From Hypanus sabinus (Eukaryota): 64,000 bases of DNA. A model generated the notes under the pieces. It saw only the letters and a program-made list of their open reading frames with translations, did no database searches and was not told where the DNA came from. The translations under genes and the position numbers were made by a program. Location: positions 95,976,001-96,040,000 of the forward strand of contig NC_082714.1 of the NCBI RefSeq assembly GCF_030144855.1. Reading direction: 5' to 3'. Of the stretch, positions 35,533 to 48,340 are shown piece after piece; position 1 is the first letter of the stretch; every line of letters starts with the position of its first letter.

Positions 35533-36399
35533 ATTGTTCGCTCCTGTATAATGCTATGAAACCCTCTCTTAAGCTGTGCAGGTTGTTTGGCCAATGTAAT
35601 GGTATAGTACTGTACCTTTCTGGAGCAAGGAAAATATTGAATAATTTCAGTAATGACTGTTTTGAATGTCCTTTGTTCACAACGTATGATTCGGTGTAGA
35701 ATCTTTCTTCCTGTGCTGTTCCTGAATTTCTGACGAGTGTAGACTGGGGAGAAGCTCCCTGTTATCGGTGACCGTGGTACAATTGCATTTTGTGTAACAC
35801 AGATCATAATAACAAAGCAACATAGCGGCAGGTTTACAATATTCTCTCTTTATTCAGCTACTCTACGTATATTGAATGAATTTGCAGCGAGTAACATGGC
35901 GCTGATGGGCCACTTACTGTCAAATCAGCTGTTATTCTGTCGATCCCCGTCAATGTCGATCTTTCGGTTCTACATCAGATTTCTCTCTGTGCAAGGATCA
36001 AGCATCAACATCATATACATCATCAACATCAAGCATTCACTCATCATATACATTTAATTGCATTATAAATGTTTCGTGATGTGTGGTGTGACACGCAACA
36101 AAAATACGCTATTCAAAATTATAAAGAATAAAAAAATCTATATTATAAACTAAGAGGTTAAAGTAGGTCTGCAGAATAAAACGTACACAATTGCATAAAA
36201 ACAGCAATGTAAACAGCATTAGAAAAACATTTTTCAAGTGTGTACAGTGCAGTGCAGAGAATTGGGTGATAGGCAAAGCGGGTAAAATTACAAATGCTTG
36301 ATCGGAGTAACTGCTGTATCTGATTGAATTAAACATAAAATTAAAGAGGAATTCAGCAGGTCAGGCAGCAACTATAAAAAAAATTTAATAGAGTTTAGA

Positions 36400-37830
36400 A
36401 CAGTACACAATAAAAATCATTCGCCCCACAATGCTGTACCGAACCAGCTAAAACGTAAATCAAAAATACCCAAACATGATCCCCTCCTACTTTTCCAATA
36501 CCCAAATACCTCCATCTTTCTTATATCCATGTGCCTATCTAAACGTCTCTTCACCGCCTCTAATGTATTTGCCTCTATCACGTTACCAGGCAGTGCCTTC
36601 CAGGCATCCACCACTGTCTGAGTAAATAATTTACCCCTCATATCCCCTTTGAACCTACCCCATCTCATCTTCAATCCATGTCCTCTGCTATTAGAAATTC
36701 CTATCCTGGAGACTGATACTGTACTTCCTGTCTACTCCACCTATGTTTCTCAATAATTTATAAATGTCTATCACGTCTCCGCTCAGCCACCACCGCTCCT
36801 GAGAAAGCCACCGAAGTTTATCCAGCCTCTCATGATAGCACCTGCACTCTATACAAGGCATCATCCTGGTAAACCTCTTCTGCATCCTCTCCAAAGCTTC
36901 AAAATCCTCCATGTAAAGAGGCAACCAGAACTGTATGAAATACTCCAGATGTGGCCTAACCAGAGTTTTACAAAGTTAGAACAAAACCTCTTGTACTTTT
37001 GAACTCAATGCCTCGACTAACAAAAGCAAGTATACCACAATCCTTTTAAACCATCTTATCGACCTATGTAGTCAATCTAAGAAGCAACCAGCATGGATCA
37101 AAAGATCTCTCTGTTCAGCAACACAAGGATATTGCTCTTAACAGTGTACTGTCTCATTGCATCTGCCCTAACAAGGTGCTATACCTCATATTTATCGCAG
37201 TTAATGTCCATTTACCATTTTTCTACCCATGTCTGCAAATGATCTGTATTGCTCTGTGTTCTGTGCCAGTCTTCTGCACTATCCACAACTCCACCAATCG
37301 TGGTATCATCTGCAAATTTACTAACCCAAACATCTACATTTTCATCCAAGTAATTGGCTGACGTCCATTTCAGGTGCAACCCGTCCCTCCTGGCCAACTT
37401 ACTCCTTCCACAGAAAAGGTTCCAATAATCCAAGAACTTGAAACTCTGTGTCCTGCAAAAAAATCACCTCATCCACTCACTCATTCGTGCTATCACCCTA
37501 TTCCTACCTGCGCGAACCCGTGGCACTGGCATTAATCCGGAGATTACTACCTTGGATACTAACTCTTTGTGCTCACTGCTTAGGATCTCTTCATATTTCC
37601 TGCTTCTGTCATTGGTGCTAACACCACGACATCTGGCTGTTCACCCTCCCCATTGAGAATATCCTATAGCCGCTCTGATGCATCCCGGACCTTCGCACCT
37701 GGAAGAACAGACACCATACTGTTGTCTCCTTTGTGTCATAGAATCTCCTTTCTGTCCCCCTAACTATTGAATACCCTATAACTACAGCACTGCCTGACTT
37801 TACCCTTCCCTGTTGAGCCAAACAGTTGCC
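36400..37830 (-). mobile_element. CR1 LINE pieces (3' end, RT, ORF1 esterase), internally deleted
   Basis: GRFKGDMRGKLFTQ, LERMQKRFTRM, VSKFADDT, AVVIGYSIVRGTERRF. Confidence 0.85.
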
Positions 37831-38249
37831 GTTTTGGACCGAGACACCAGTCTTGGATTCCTTTCCATGGATGCAGTCTGACCTGTTGATTTCGCCAGTT
37901 GATGCTATCTGCGTTGCTCTGAATTTCCATCATCCGCAGCATGTTTATAACTGCCGAGGAGAAGAAAATTCTCAGGTGGCGTGATTTATTGGTTTCACTA
38001 TCTCTAGAGCACCCAGATGGTAGATTTTGAAACAGACAGGGTGGTTCCTATCTGGAAAGAATTTTCCTGCTTGCTCCTTTGACCTGGACACATGCAAGTC
38101 CGGCAATGATGTTAGTCTGTAGCCAATAGAGCTTTAACGAGCGGCCATTCCGGACATCGGAAGTTTGGAAAGCAGGGGACCTCAATCAGGTCCTCTGCTC
38201 GATGATTATAGGCAGAAGCGGGTCGCGGCAATGTAATAGGGCTCTGACC

Positions 38250-39290
38250 AGTGGCCATTCCACGTTTGGGATTGATTAGCAAGAGCAAGTTTAAAAAAGG
38301 CAGGAGAAAGGGCAGTGGCCTTTGTCTGGGTGGACATAGTCAGAGTTGTGATCTAAAGGCTTTAACTTGGAGGCTTCACACACAGAAAGCAAAGGAAAGA
38401 AAAGCTCAAGTCTTTTTGCCTTCTTTTCTTTATATCTGCTCAGTTTGGACAGTAGTGATGTCAGGCAGGATAGTGCAATGCTCCTCTTGCGGGATGTGCG
38501 AAGGCAGAGAGACATCCTGTATCACTGGCCACTACAAATGCGAGAAGTGCAGCTTCTAACAAACCGGGTTAAGGAGCTGAAGGTGGAAATGGATGAACTC
38601 CGGATCATTCGGGGGACTGAAGGAGTGGTGCATAGAACATATGGCGAGGCAGTATACACCCAAGGTGCAGGACGCAAGCACTTGGATGACAATCAAAGAG
38701 TCAAAAGGGTTAAGGACCCGGTAAAGAGTACCGCTGTGGCTATGCCTTCAACAACAGGATAATGTCCGGTGGGCGGGAGTGTGGTAATGACTAAACAGGA
38801 AAGTCACAGTTTTCAGATTTCTCGTACTGAGTCTGCCTCTGTACCCAGAATGGAAGGGAAAGTGGAAGAAGAGATACGCTGTGGTGATAGGGAATTCGTT
38901 AGTTAGGGGAACGGACAGGAGGTTTTGTGGGTGAGAACGAGATTCCCGAATGGATCGAGTATTCGGCACTCTTAAGTGGGATGGTGAACAGTCGGAAGTC
39001 GTGGTCAATGTAGGTACCAATGACACAGGTAGAACGAGTGACGAGGTTCTGCATAGAGAACTATACAGAATAAGGCAGATGAACTTCTAGAACAGTTGCA
39101 GATTTGCAAGTGTAATGTTTTAGGCGTCACTGAATCATGGCTGAAATGTTATAGCTGGGAGCTTAATATACAAGGATACACATTGTATCAAAAGAATCGG
39201 CAGGAAGGCTGAGGGGGTTGGCGTTCCTCTGTTGCTAAACAAATAATATAAAATTATTGGAAAGAGATGACAAGTTGTAAAGTCAATGAG
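38250..39290 (+). mobile_element. CR1 LINE 5' part (ORF1 Zn-finger/esterase remnant, endonuclease start)
   Basis: MSGRIVQCSSCGMCE...CEKC and VKELKVEMDELRIIR, homologous to the ORF1 at 62652. Confidence 0.8.
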
Positions 39291-39299
39291 GGGAGTTTC

Positions 39300-41390
39300 G
39301 ACTCAGGAATTAAGAAAAAAGACGCTGGACGGTCGATCTCTGGGCACTGGCGAGATCCACCTTTCCACCCATCTCCTCCAACTTGCTCTCCGAGGCGACC
39401 ACAGTGAACAACTCTCATACCCAGTTTATTCGCCTGAACTGCCACTAGTACTTGGTCTCCCCTGTTCATACCGACATAATCCACGAATCGATTGGTCTCT
39501 GAAAGGACTCCGAGAACGGGTATGGGCATGTCTGTCTGCATGTATGGGTCCAGCCAAAGCACCGTTCCATGAATCCCCTACTATGTCAGCTAAAGATGTG
39601 GAGCTGTTTGGGATTCCGGCTCAAAATGTCGATCTTCACACGACGGTGCCATAGGCCACCTACAAGGCACGAGTCCTCTTTGAGGACGGATCTTTACACT
39701 CTCTGGTTATGAAACGGAGGCCATGGAGGAAAGCATCACAAGGCATTGGGGCCAGGGATTTTATCCGTCCGTCAACATCTCCGGCAGGAGTGGGATTCTT
39801 TTTGTGAGCGAGAATGATGGCAATCTGTTTCCCTGAATCGATTGTCGGCCCCGAACAGCAGCACCGTGAAGAATCTCTACTCTCTTCACCTGCTGGCCGA
39901 TGCTTCCCAACAACTCCAGGAGCGATTTTCCTATTTTCTAGAGTTGATCTGCGCAATGCTTACAATTTGGTTCGCAGGAGAGAAGGGATTGAGTGTAAGG
40001 CAGCTTTCAACACCTCCGATGGCCTGTATGAGTACCTGGCGATGACCTTTGGTCTGTGCAACGTCCCTGCTGTACTCCAGGCCTTAATTAACGATGTGCC
40101 CAGGGAAATGTTGAATCAGATTGAGTATGTACATTTAGATGACATCCTTATCTGTTCCTGTTCTCGTCAGGAACACTTCCAGCGTGTCCGAAGAGCTCAC
40201 CGACGTCTCCTGTACGGAAAGCTCTAAAAATGTGAGTTCTATAAAGACCAGGTGTCCGTTTTGGCCTATCTACGTACCCTGTCCAATGTTCAATTTGACC
40301 CTAATCAATTTCTGGCAGTTGCAGAGTGGCCAAAGTCATCTACAGTCAAATGGACACGGCGCTTCCTGTGGTGTATGAACTTTTATTACCACTTCATCCC
40401 GAATTTCGACTCTATCGCGGTTCCCACAATTGCTCTCACCAGAAAGTCCTCGGCAGCATTTCACTAAACAGACGATGCCGTCCAAGCATTTTCGGAATTA
40501 AAGCGACATTCCACCTCTATCCCAATTCTGCAATACCCAGACCCATCACAGCCTTTCATAGTCGAGATGGATGCATCCGATGGCGGCATTGCAACCGTCC
40601 TCTCTCAGCGCTCTTCTGAGGACAGCCGACTGCACCACTGTGCCTTTCTTTCCGTTCACCTGACTCCAGCCGAGAGGAACCGGAAACCTCCAGCTGTCAG
40701 GCTCGGAAGGGAGACGTCCCAAGCTGGCTGATTGCTGCTGCCGCTGTACGTTCCAGAGTTTTAGAATGGGGTCTCTCCTCCCGTCTGGCTGAACATCCGG
40801 GAATTCGACATATCCAGGAGTTTATTAAGAGACAAGTTTCTATCTGCCTGTCCCACTTGCGCTCGGAAGAAGCCGTCACGCCAGTTTCCTGTGGGTCTGC
40901 AATGTCTACTGCCTGTGCCCCACCAATCATAGTCCAACCTTTCAGTAGATTTCATCACTGGCCTGTCCCGGCCAAAGGAGTCATCACCATCTTGGTCGTT
41001 GTAGATCGATTTTCCAGGGCTGCCCACTTCATTGCCCTCCACAAACCACCACACTCATGGTTCAATATTTGTTCAAGCTCGACGACTTCCGTCAAGACAT
41101 AGTGTCTGATTATGTACCATAGTTAAATTCCCGCTTTTTGAAGAGTTTTTGCTCTCTTGAGGGAGACACGACAGGCTTCTCATCTGGTTTCCATCCCCAA
41201 TCCAACAGCCAGACTGAGAGAGCGAACCAGGAGTTGAAGACAACCTTGCACTGGAGCTCCCAGATGGTTTAGGACGAAATCGCGCACCATAATCTCCAGT
41301 CTTCCTCCACGGGGATCTATCTATCATACATTGGGTGTTGCGCACTAACCGCATTTTATTCGGGAGCTGAACGTAAAGGAAACATAAGGA
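39300..41390 (+). mobile_element. Gypsy pol remnant (protease end, RT, RNase H, integrase)
   Basis: LVLGLP...[21 protein letters not shown]...HLDDILI, ILVVVDRFSRAAHFI. Multiple deletions. Confidence 0.88.
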
Positions 41391-42425
41391 GGCTGTGATT
41401 ATATTATGATTGAATTCATACTGCAATTTGAAAGGGAGAAGCATAACTCACATACATCAGTATCGCAAAGGAATAAAGGGAATTACGGAAGCATGAGAGA
41501 GGAGCTTGCCCAGGTGGATTGGAGCAGGATACCATACTGACGGAGATGACTGAAGTTTCTGGGAATAGTTGACAAGGGGCAGAATCCATTGGTCCCAGAG
41601 AGGAATAAGTCCTCAACAGGCAGGGGGAAGCAACCTTGGCTGCAAAGTAAGTTTAATGCTACATGAAAGCCAAGGAAAGGGCATATAAGGTAGCAAGAGT
41701 GACCGGGAAATTGGGAAGCTTTTACAGTTCAACAAAAAAAACAACTAAAACGGCTATAAGAAGGGAAAAGATGAAATATGAGGTCTGACTACCTAATAAT
41801 ATAAAGCAGGATAAGAAAAGTTTTTTTCAGATAGTTGAAGGGTAAAAGAAATGTGAGAGTTGATGTTGGAACACTGGAACATGCTGCTGCTGGGGTAATA
41901 ATGGGGATAAAGAAATAGCAGATGGACTTAATAGTTACTTTGCATCAGTCTTCACAAGAATGATACCAGCAACAAAAGAGGAAACATATGAGGTGCGTTT
42001 GATAGCTCTAGGTTTTTACTTGCTGGAGTTTAGAACAATCGGCGGGGATGGTAGAAATCTCATTGCAACATCCAATATTGAAAGATCTGGATAAAGAGGA
42101 TATTTCCTGTAGTGTGGTGTCTACGACTAGAAGGCACAGCATCAGATTTGAAAGGCGTCCATTTAGAACAGAGATGGAAAAAAATTTATCCAGTAAGTGT
42201 GGAATTCTGTGGAATTTGTGGAATTTATTGGCTCAGATGGCTGTGCAGGCCTATTCAGTTGGTATATTTTAAGGCAGGAGTTGATAGGTTGTTGATTAAT
42301 CAGGGAGTCCCAGGTGACGGGAGAAGGCAGTAGAATAGGGATGAGAGGGATACAAAATCAGCCATGTTGGAATGACGGAGCAGACTCGATGGGCCGAATG
42401 GCATATTTTTGCTCTTATGTCTTAT
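41390..42425 (+). mobile_element. CR1 LINE fragments
   Basis: Same Gypsy/CR1 junction as 13020. CR1 3' end at ~41990-42425. Confidence 0.75.
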
Positions 42426-42639
42426 GGTCACGTAGATTTGCGATCGCAAAGAAAATGCACAGGGCGCGTAAGCACGCCTTTGATTGGACCGGGAATGGCC
42501 ACAGTTAGAACAACGCCGCCACCTTACCATTGACTCTCCAACCTAGTCCTATTTGTCTGCATTTGTCCACTATCTTGCTGAACCATTCCTTAAGTGTCTT
42601 TTGAAATAAATTCCATCTGCCATTTTTGAGCCTATTTTC

Positions 42640-43270
42640 ATAGAACATAGAAAACATACAGCACAATACAGGCCCGTCGGTATGTTGTGCCGAACATGTT
42701 CCTACCTTAGAAATTATTAGGCTTACCCACAGCTCCATGTGCCTATCCAGAAGTCTCTTAAAAGACCCTAACGTATCCGCCTCCACTACCGTTGCCGGCA
42801 GCCCATTCCACACACTCACTACTCTCTGAGTAAAAAACCTACCCGTGACATCTCCTCTGTACCTACTCCGCAGCACCTTTAACCTGTGTCCTCTTGTGGC
42901 AACCATTTCAGCCCAGGTAAAAAGCCTTTGACTATCCACACGATCACTTCCTCTCATTTTCCCAGCTGCTCAACTTCATGCTGCCAGCGTAAATAGCCTT
43001 CCTCACTATCCACTACGTCCCCAATCTTGGTGCCATACGCAAAATTGCTAATATAGTTTACGACATTACCATCTGAATTATTAGAACAAATGATCAACAA
43101 CCACGGACCCAGCACTGATACCTGTGCGACACCACTAGTCACAGGTTGCCAGCCTGCAGGAGAAACGCCTGCTACCACTCACTAGCTTCTCCCACCAAGG
43201 CAATATTGGATATGATTCGCGACTTCAACAGCAATGTCAAGCGACGGAATCACTTGGACCAGCCTACATA
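42640..43270 (-). mobile_element. CR1 LINE 3' end and RT fragment
   Basis: RGSDRVDSQRLF...FFTQRVVSVWNGLP and VTSGVAQVSVLGP, with an aacatagaa tail at ~42635-42660. Confidence 0.85.
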
Positions 43271-43639
43271 TGGAACTTTATCAAATAATTTATTGAACTC
43301 CCTCTTAAAAGCAACAGTTGGGTTCATATACAGCGCACACAGAAGCAACGGATGCAACGTGTTCTGTGTTGAATATGAAAATTAGTTGTTCTTACCCTGC
43401 CTTCTCCTTTTCTCGATCATCTTGAAATTGTCTTTGAATACAAGCAGCTACTATTTATCCCACATGAAAATAAGCAGGCTTTATCGGCCTCAATCAAATT
43501 GCCTCTCTGTTTTCGCTTCACCAGAAAGATCGAATCTGCGGTTCATCCCCAGATGTGATGTAGACACTCAAGTGCGTGGAATAAGAAGCGGAATAATAAG
43601 GTTGTTCACACCGTCTCATTGCCTACGGACAACTACTCA

Positions 43640-44280
43640 AAATTCACACTTATGTCCGCAAAAATTACAAACAGAAAAAGGAATATGCCACTGTGGACTG
43701 ACCTTCAAGTGTCAGTCTCGAAGGTTTTGCATTGGGCAGTGCCGTGCAATGGATTTCTGAGCCGGTTCACTGACATCCTGTCTAAATGTTCTTTTTGTGG
43801 CCGGAAGGAATCTGTGTATCATGTTTAATATGGAGTCTGAGAGGTTGCAGCCTTTTCCGTGTCCCCCGGGGCTACTCCTCAGGTTCCGGTTGTACTTCAG
43901 CCCCGCGCTCCTCATATATAGTCACTCAGTACGGCGAACGAAGGGTCGCTCGGCGTTTCTAATGGTGAGCTTTCTCCTTGGCCTGGACAACATGGCTATT
44001 CACGGGCCCAATGGACAATCGAGGGCTCTTTTCGAGCCGTTTTCTGAAGCATTCCTAGGGTTGCGTTCATACCCCAATATACTTATAAAGTGTTCATTGT
44101 GTTACAATGGCACAGTGGGGGATTTCTAGGAGCTATAGGTTACCAAGGGGATTGAATGTTTTATACAAAATAGGAGACAAATTTTAATTTGAAATTGTAA
44201 ACGGTTCAGCAAATCTCTGATGGTTGTTGGTATTTTGTGAGTAAATAAACGTTTGAGTTATTTTTTTTAAAAAAAAACGT
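43640..44280 (+). mobile_element. Tx1-type (L1 clade) LINE 3' end
   Basis: LHWAVPCNGFLSRFTD..SKCSFCGRKESVYHV / MESERLQP...LLLRFRLYFSPALLIY..., the Tx1-type C-terminal knuckle. AATAAA and a T/A run at ~44243-44277. Confidence 0.75.
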
Positions 44281-44669
44281 TCTTCGCTGTTCCGCTGGCA
44301 TTCGATGGAAACGATTGTACCGCAAAAACCATTGGGATAGATGTAAAAGTAATTACATATTGCATGCAACTTTAAGGGCAGTGTTACAAAGTTAGCGAAT
44401 TCTGGGAGCCTGCGGTTTTAAGTGATTAAGTAACACTGCCAGTCAATTAGAGGCACGTGTGTCGTTAAGATGCATTTTTCATTATTAAAGTATTGAATTA
44501 TTCAATCATCTCCTGGGTAAGGATCGGAACAAATTTCCGTCAGTTGCAGCCGTACGTGGCTGCACAGGTGTGATCTGAATATTTGCAGACAGAGTGTTTA
44601 TTGTCAGGTTGGCGACAACGTATTTGAAAGTAACAAAATGCTAGTGAGAACAGGAAAGATCTCCTGTTC

Positions 44670-47600
44670 TAGAACATAGAACAGTACAGCACATTACAGG
44701 CCCTTCGGCCCACAATGTTGTGTCGACGCTCAATCCCTGCCTCCCGTATAACCCCCACCTTAGGTTCCTCCATATACCTGTCTAGTAGTCTCTTAAACTT
44801 CACTAGTGTATCTGCCTCCACCACTGACTCAGGCAGTGCATTTCACACACCAACCACTCTCTGAGTGAAAATCCTTCCTCTAATATCCTCCTTGAACTTA
44901 CCTTCCCTTAACTTAAAGCCATGTCCTCTTGTACTGAGCAGTGTTGCCCTGGGGAAGAGGCGCTGGCTGTCCACTCTGTCTATTCCTCTTAATATCTTGT
45001 ACACCTCTATCATGTCTCCTCTCATCCTCCTTCTCTCCAAAGAGTAAAGCCCTAGCTCCCTTAATCTCTGATCATACTCCATATTCTCTAAACCAGGCAG
45101 CATCCTGGTAAATGTCCTCTGTACCCTTTCCAAAGCTTCCACATCCTTCCTATAGTGAGGCGACCAGAAATGGACTCAGTACTCCAAGTGTGGCCTAACT
45201 AGAGTTTTATAGAGCTGCATCATTACATCGTGTCTCTTAAACTCTATCCCTCGACTTCTGAAAGCTAACACCCCATAAGTTTTCTTAACTACCCTATCTA
45301 CCTGTGAGGCAACTTTTAGGGATCTGTGGACATGTACCCCCAAATCCCTCTGCTCCTCCACACTACCAAGTATCCTGCCATTTACCTTGTACTCTGCCTT
45401 GGAGTTTGTCTTTCCAAAGTGTACCACATCACACTTCTCCGGGTTGAACTCCATCTGCCACTTTACAGCCCACTTCTGCATCCTATCAATGTCTCTCTGC
45501 AATCTTCGACAATCCTCTACACTATCTGCAACACCACCAACCTTTGTGTTGTCTGCAAACTTGCCAACCCACCCTTCTACCCCCACATCCAGGTCGTTAA
45601 TGAAAATCACAAAAAGTATAGGTCCCAGAACAGAACCTTGTGGGACACCACTAGTCACAAACCTCCAATCTGAATGTACTCCCTCCACTACGACCCTCTG
45701 CCTTCTGCAGGCAAGCCAATTCTGAATCCACCTTGCCAAACTTCCTTGGACCCCATGACTTCTGACTTTCTGAATAAGCCTACCGTGTGGAACCTTGTAA
45801 AATGCTTTACTAAAATCCATGTGGATCACACCCACTGCACTAACCTCATCTATATGCCTGGTCACCTCCTCAAAGAACTCTATCAGGTTTGTTAGGCACG
45901 ACCTGCCCTTCACAAAGCCATGCTGACTGTTCCTGATGATTCTCTAAATGCCCATAGATCTAGTCAGATCTCTAAGAATCCTTTCCAACAGCTTTCCCAC
46001 CACAGACGTAAGGCTCACTGGTCTATAATTACCTGGACTATCCCTACTACCATTTTTGAACAAGGGGACAACATTTGCCTCCCCCCAATCCTCCGGTACC
46101 ATTCCCGTGGGCAACGAGGACATAAAGTTCCTAGCCAGAGGCTCAGCAATCTCTTGCCTTGCCTCGTGGAGCAACCTGGGGAATATTCCGTCAGGCCCCT
46201 AATGTATTTGAACAAATCCAACACCAACTCTCTCTTAATATCAACATGCTCCAGAACATCAACCTCACTCATATTGTCCTCACCGTCATCAAGTTCCCTC
46301 TCAGTGGTGAATACCGAAGAGAAGTATTCATTGAGGACCTCGCTCACTTCCACAGCCTCCAGGCACATCTTCCCACTTTTATCTCTAATCAGTCCTACCT
46401 TCATTCCTGTCATGCTTTTGTTCTCCACATAATTGAAGAATGCCTTGGGGTTTCCCTTTACCCTACTCGCCAAGGCCCCCTTCTTGCTCTTCTCAGCCCC
46501 TTCATAAACTCCTTTCTTGCTACCCTATATTCCTCAATAGACCCATCTGATCCTTGCTTCCTAAACCTCATGTATGCTGCCTTCTTCCACCTGACTAGAT
46601 TTTCCACTTCGCTTGACACCCATAGTTCCTTCACCCTACCATTCTTTATCTTCCTCACCGGGACAAATTTATCCCTAACATCCTGCAAGATATCGACCAT
46701 ATGTCCATAGTACATTTCCCTGCAAAAACATCATCCCTATCCACACCCGCAAGTTCTAGCTTTATAGCCTTATAATTTGCTCTTCCCCGATTAAAAATTT
46801 TCCTATCCTCTCTGATTCTATCCTTTTCCATGATAATGCTAAAGGTCAGGGAACGGTGATCACTGACCCCCAGATGCTCACCCACTGACAGATCTGTGTC
46901 CTGACCCGGTTCGTACCTAATTCTAGATCTAGTATGGCATTGCCCCTAGTCGGCCTATCAACATACTGTGACAGGAATCCATCCTGGACACACTTAACAA
47001 ATTCTGCCCCATCTAAACCTTTGGAACTAATCAAGTACCAATCAATATTAGGGAAGTTAAAGTCACCTATGATAACAACCCTGTTACTTTTGCACCTTTC
47101 CAAAATCTGCCTCCCAATCTGCTCCTCGGTATCTCTGCTGCTACCAGGGGGCCTATAGAATACCCCCAGTAGAGTAACTGCTCCCTTCCTGTTCCTGACT
47201 TCCACCCATACTGACTCAAAAGAGGATCCTGCTACATTACCCACCCTTTCTGCAGCAATAATAGTATCCCTGACCAGTAATGGCACACTTCCTCCCCTTC
47301 CCCCCCCCCCCCATCCCTTTTAAAGCATTGAAATCCAGGAATATTGAGAATCTATTCCTGCCCTGGTGCCAGCCAAGTCTCTGTAATGGCCACTACATCA
47401 TAATTCCATGTATGTATCCAAACTCTCAGTTCATCACCTTTAATCCTGATGCTTCTTGCATTGAAGTGCACACACTTTAGCCCTTCTACCTTACTACCTT
47501 TATACCCTTTATTCTGCTGCTCTTTCCTCATAGCCTCTCTGTATGTTAGATCTTGCTTTACTCCATGTACTTCTTTCACTGCTCTATCGCTCCGGGTCCC

Positions 47601-48340
47601 ATCCCCCTTGCAAATTAGTTTAAACCCTCCCGAACCATGCTAGCAAATCTACCAGCAAGGATATTGCTCCCCCTCGAGTTCAGGTGCAGCCCATCTAATC
47701 TGTACAAGTCCCACCTTCCCTAGAAGAGATCCCAATGGTCTAAAAATCTAAAACCCTGTCCCCTGCACCAACTCCTCAGCCACGCATTTAACTGCCATCT
47801 CCTCCAATTCTTACCATCACTAATACGCAGCACTGGCAGCAATCCTGAGAACGCCACCTTTGAGGTCCTGTTCTTCAGCCTTCTGCCTAGTTCCTGAAAC
47901 TCACACTTCAGGACCTCATCCCTCTTCCTGCCTATGTATCACGACTTCTGTTTGCTTTCCCTCTCTTAACTGGATGTCATGCACCCGGTCAGAGACATCC
48001 CGGACCCTGGCACCCGGGAGGCAACAAACCATGCGGGTTTCCTTCCCACGTCCACAATATCTTCTGTCTGCTCCCCTGACTATGGAGTCTCCAATGACGA
48101 CAGCTTTCCTTTTCTCCGTCCCATCCTTCTGCACCACAGGGTCAGACTCAGTGCCAGAGGCTCTGCCACCGTGGCTCACACCTGGTCTGTCGTTCACACC
48201 AACAGCATCCAAGACGGTAAACTTATTATTCAGGGGAATGGCTATAGGGGTACTCTGCACTACCTGTCTACTCTCCTTTGCTTTCCCCCCTCGGACTGTC
48301 ACCGAACGACCTGCTTCCGGCAGCCTAGGTTTTCCAGAGA
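44670..48340 (-). mobile_element. CR1 LINE, near full length, moderately decayed
   Basis: ORF1 esterase (VIGDSIVRG...CCLPGARVRDV), endonuclease (VHFNARSI...ITETWL, GDFNFP), RT 45176-45913 (KGRSCLTNLIEFFEEV...FADNTK), and an agaacat-type tail. Confidence 0.93.
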
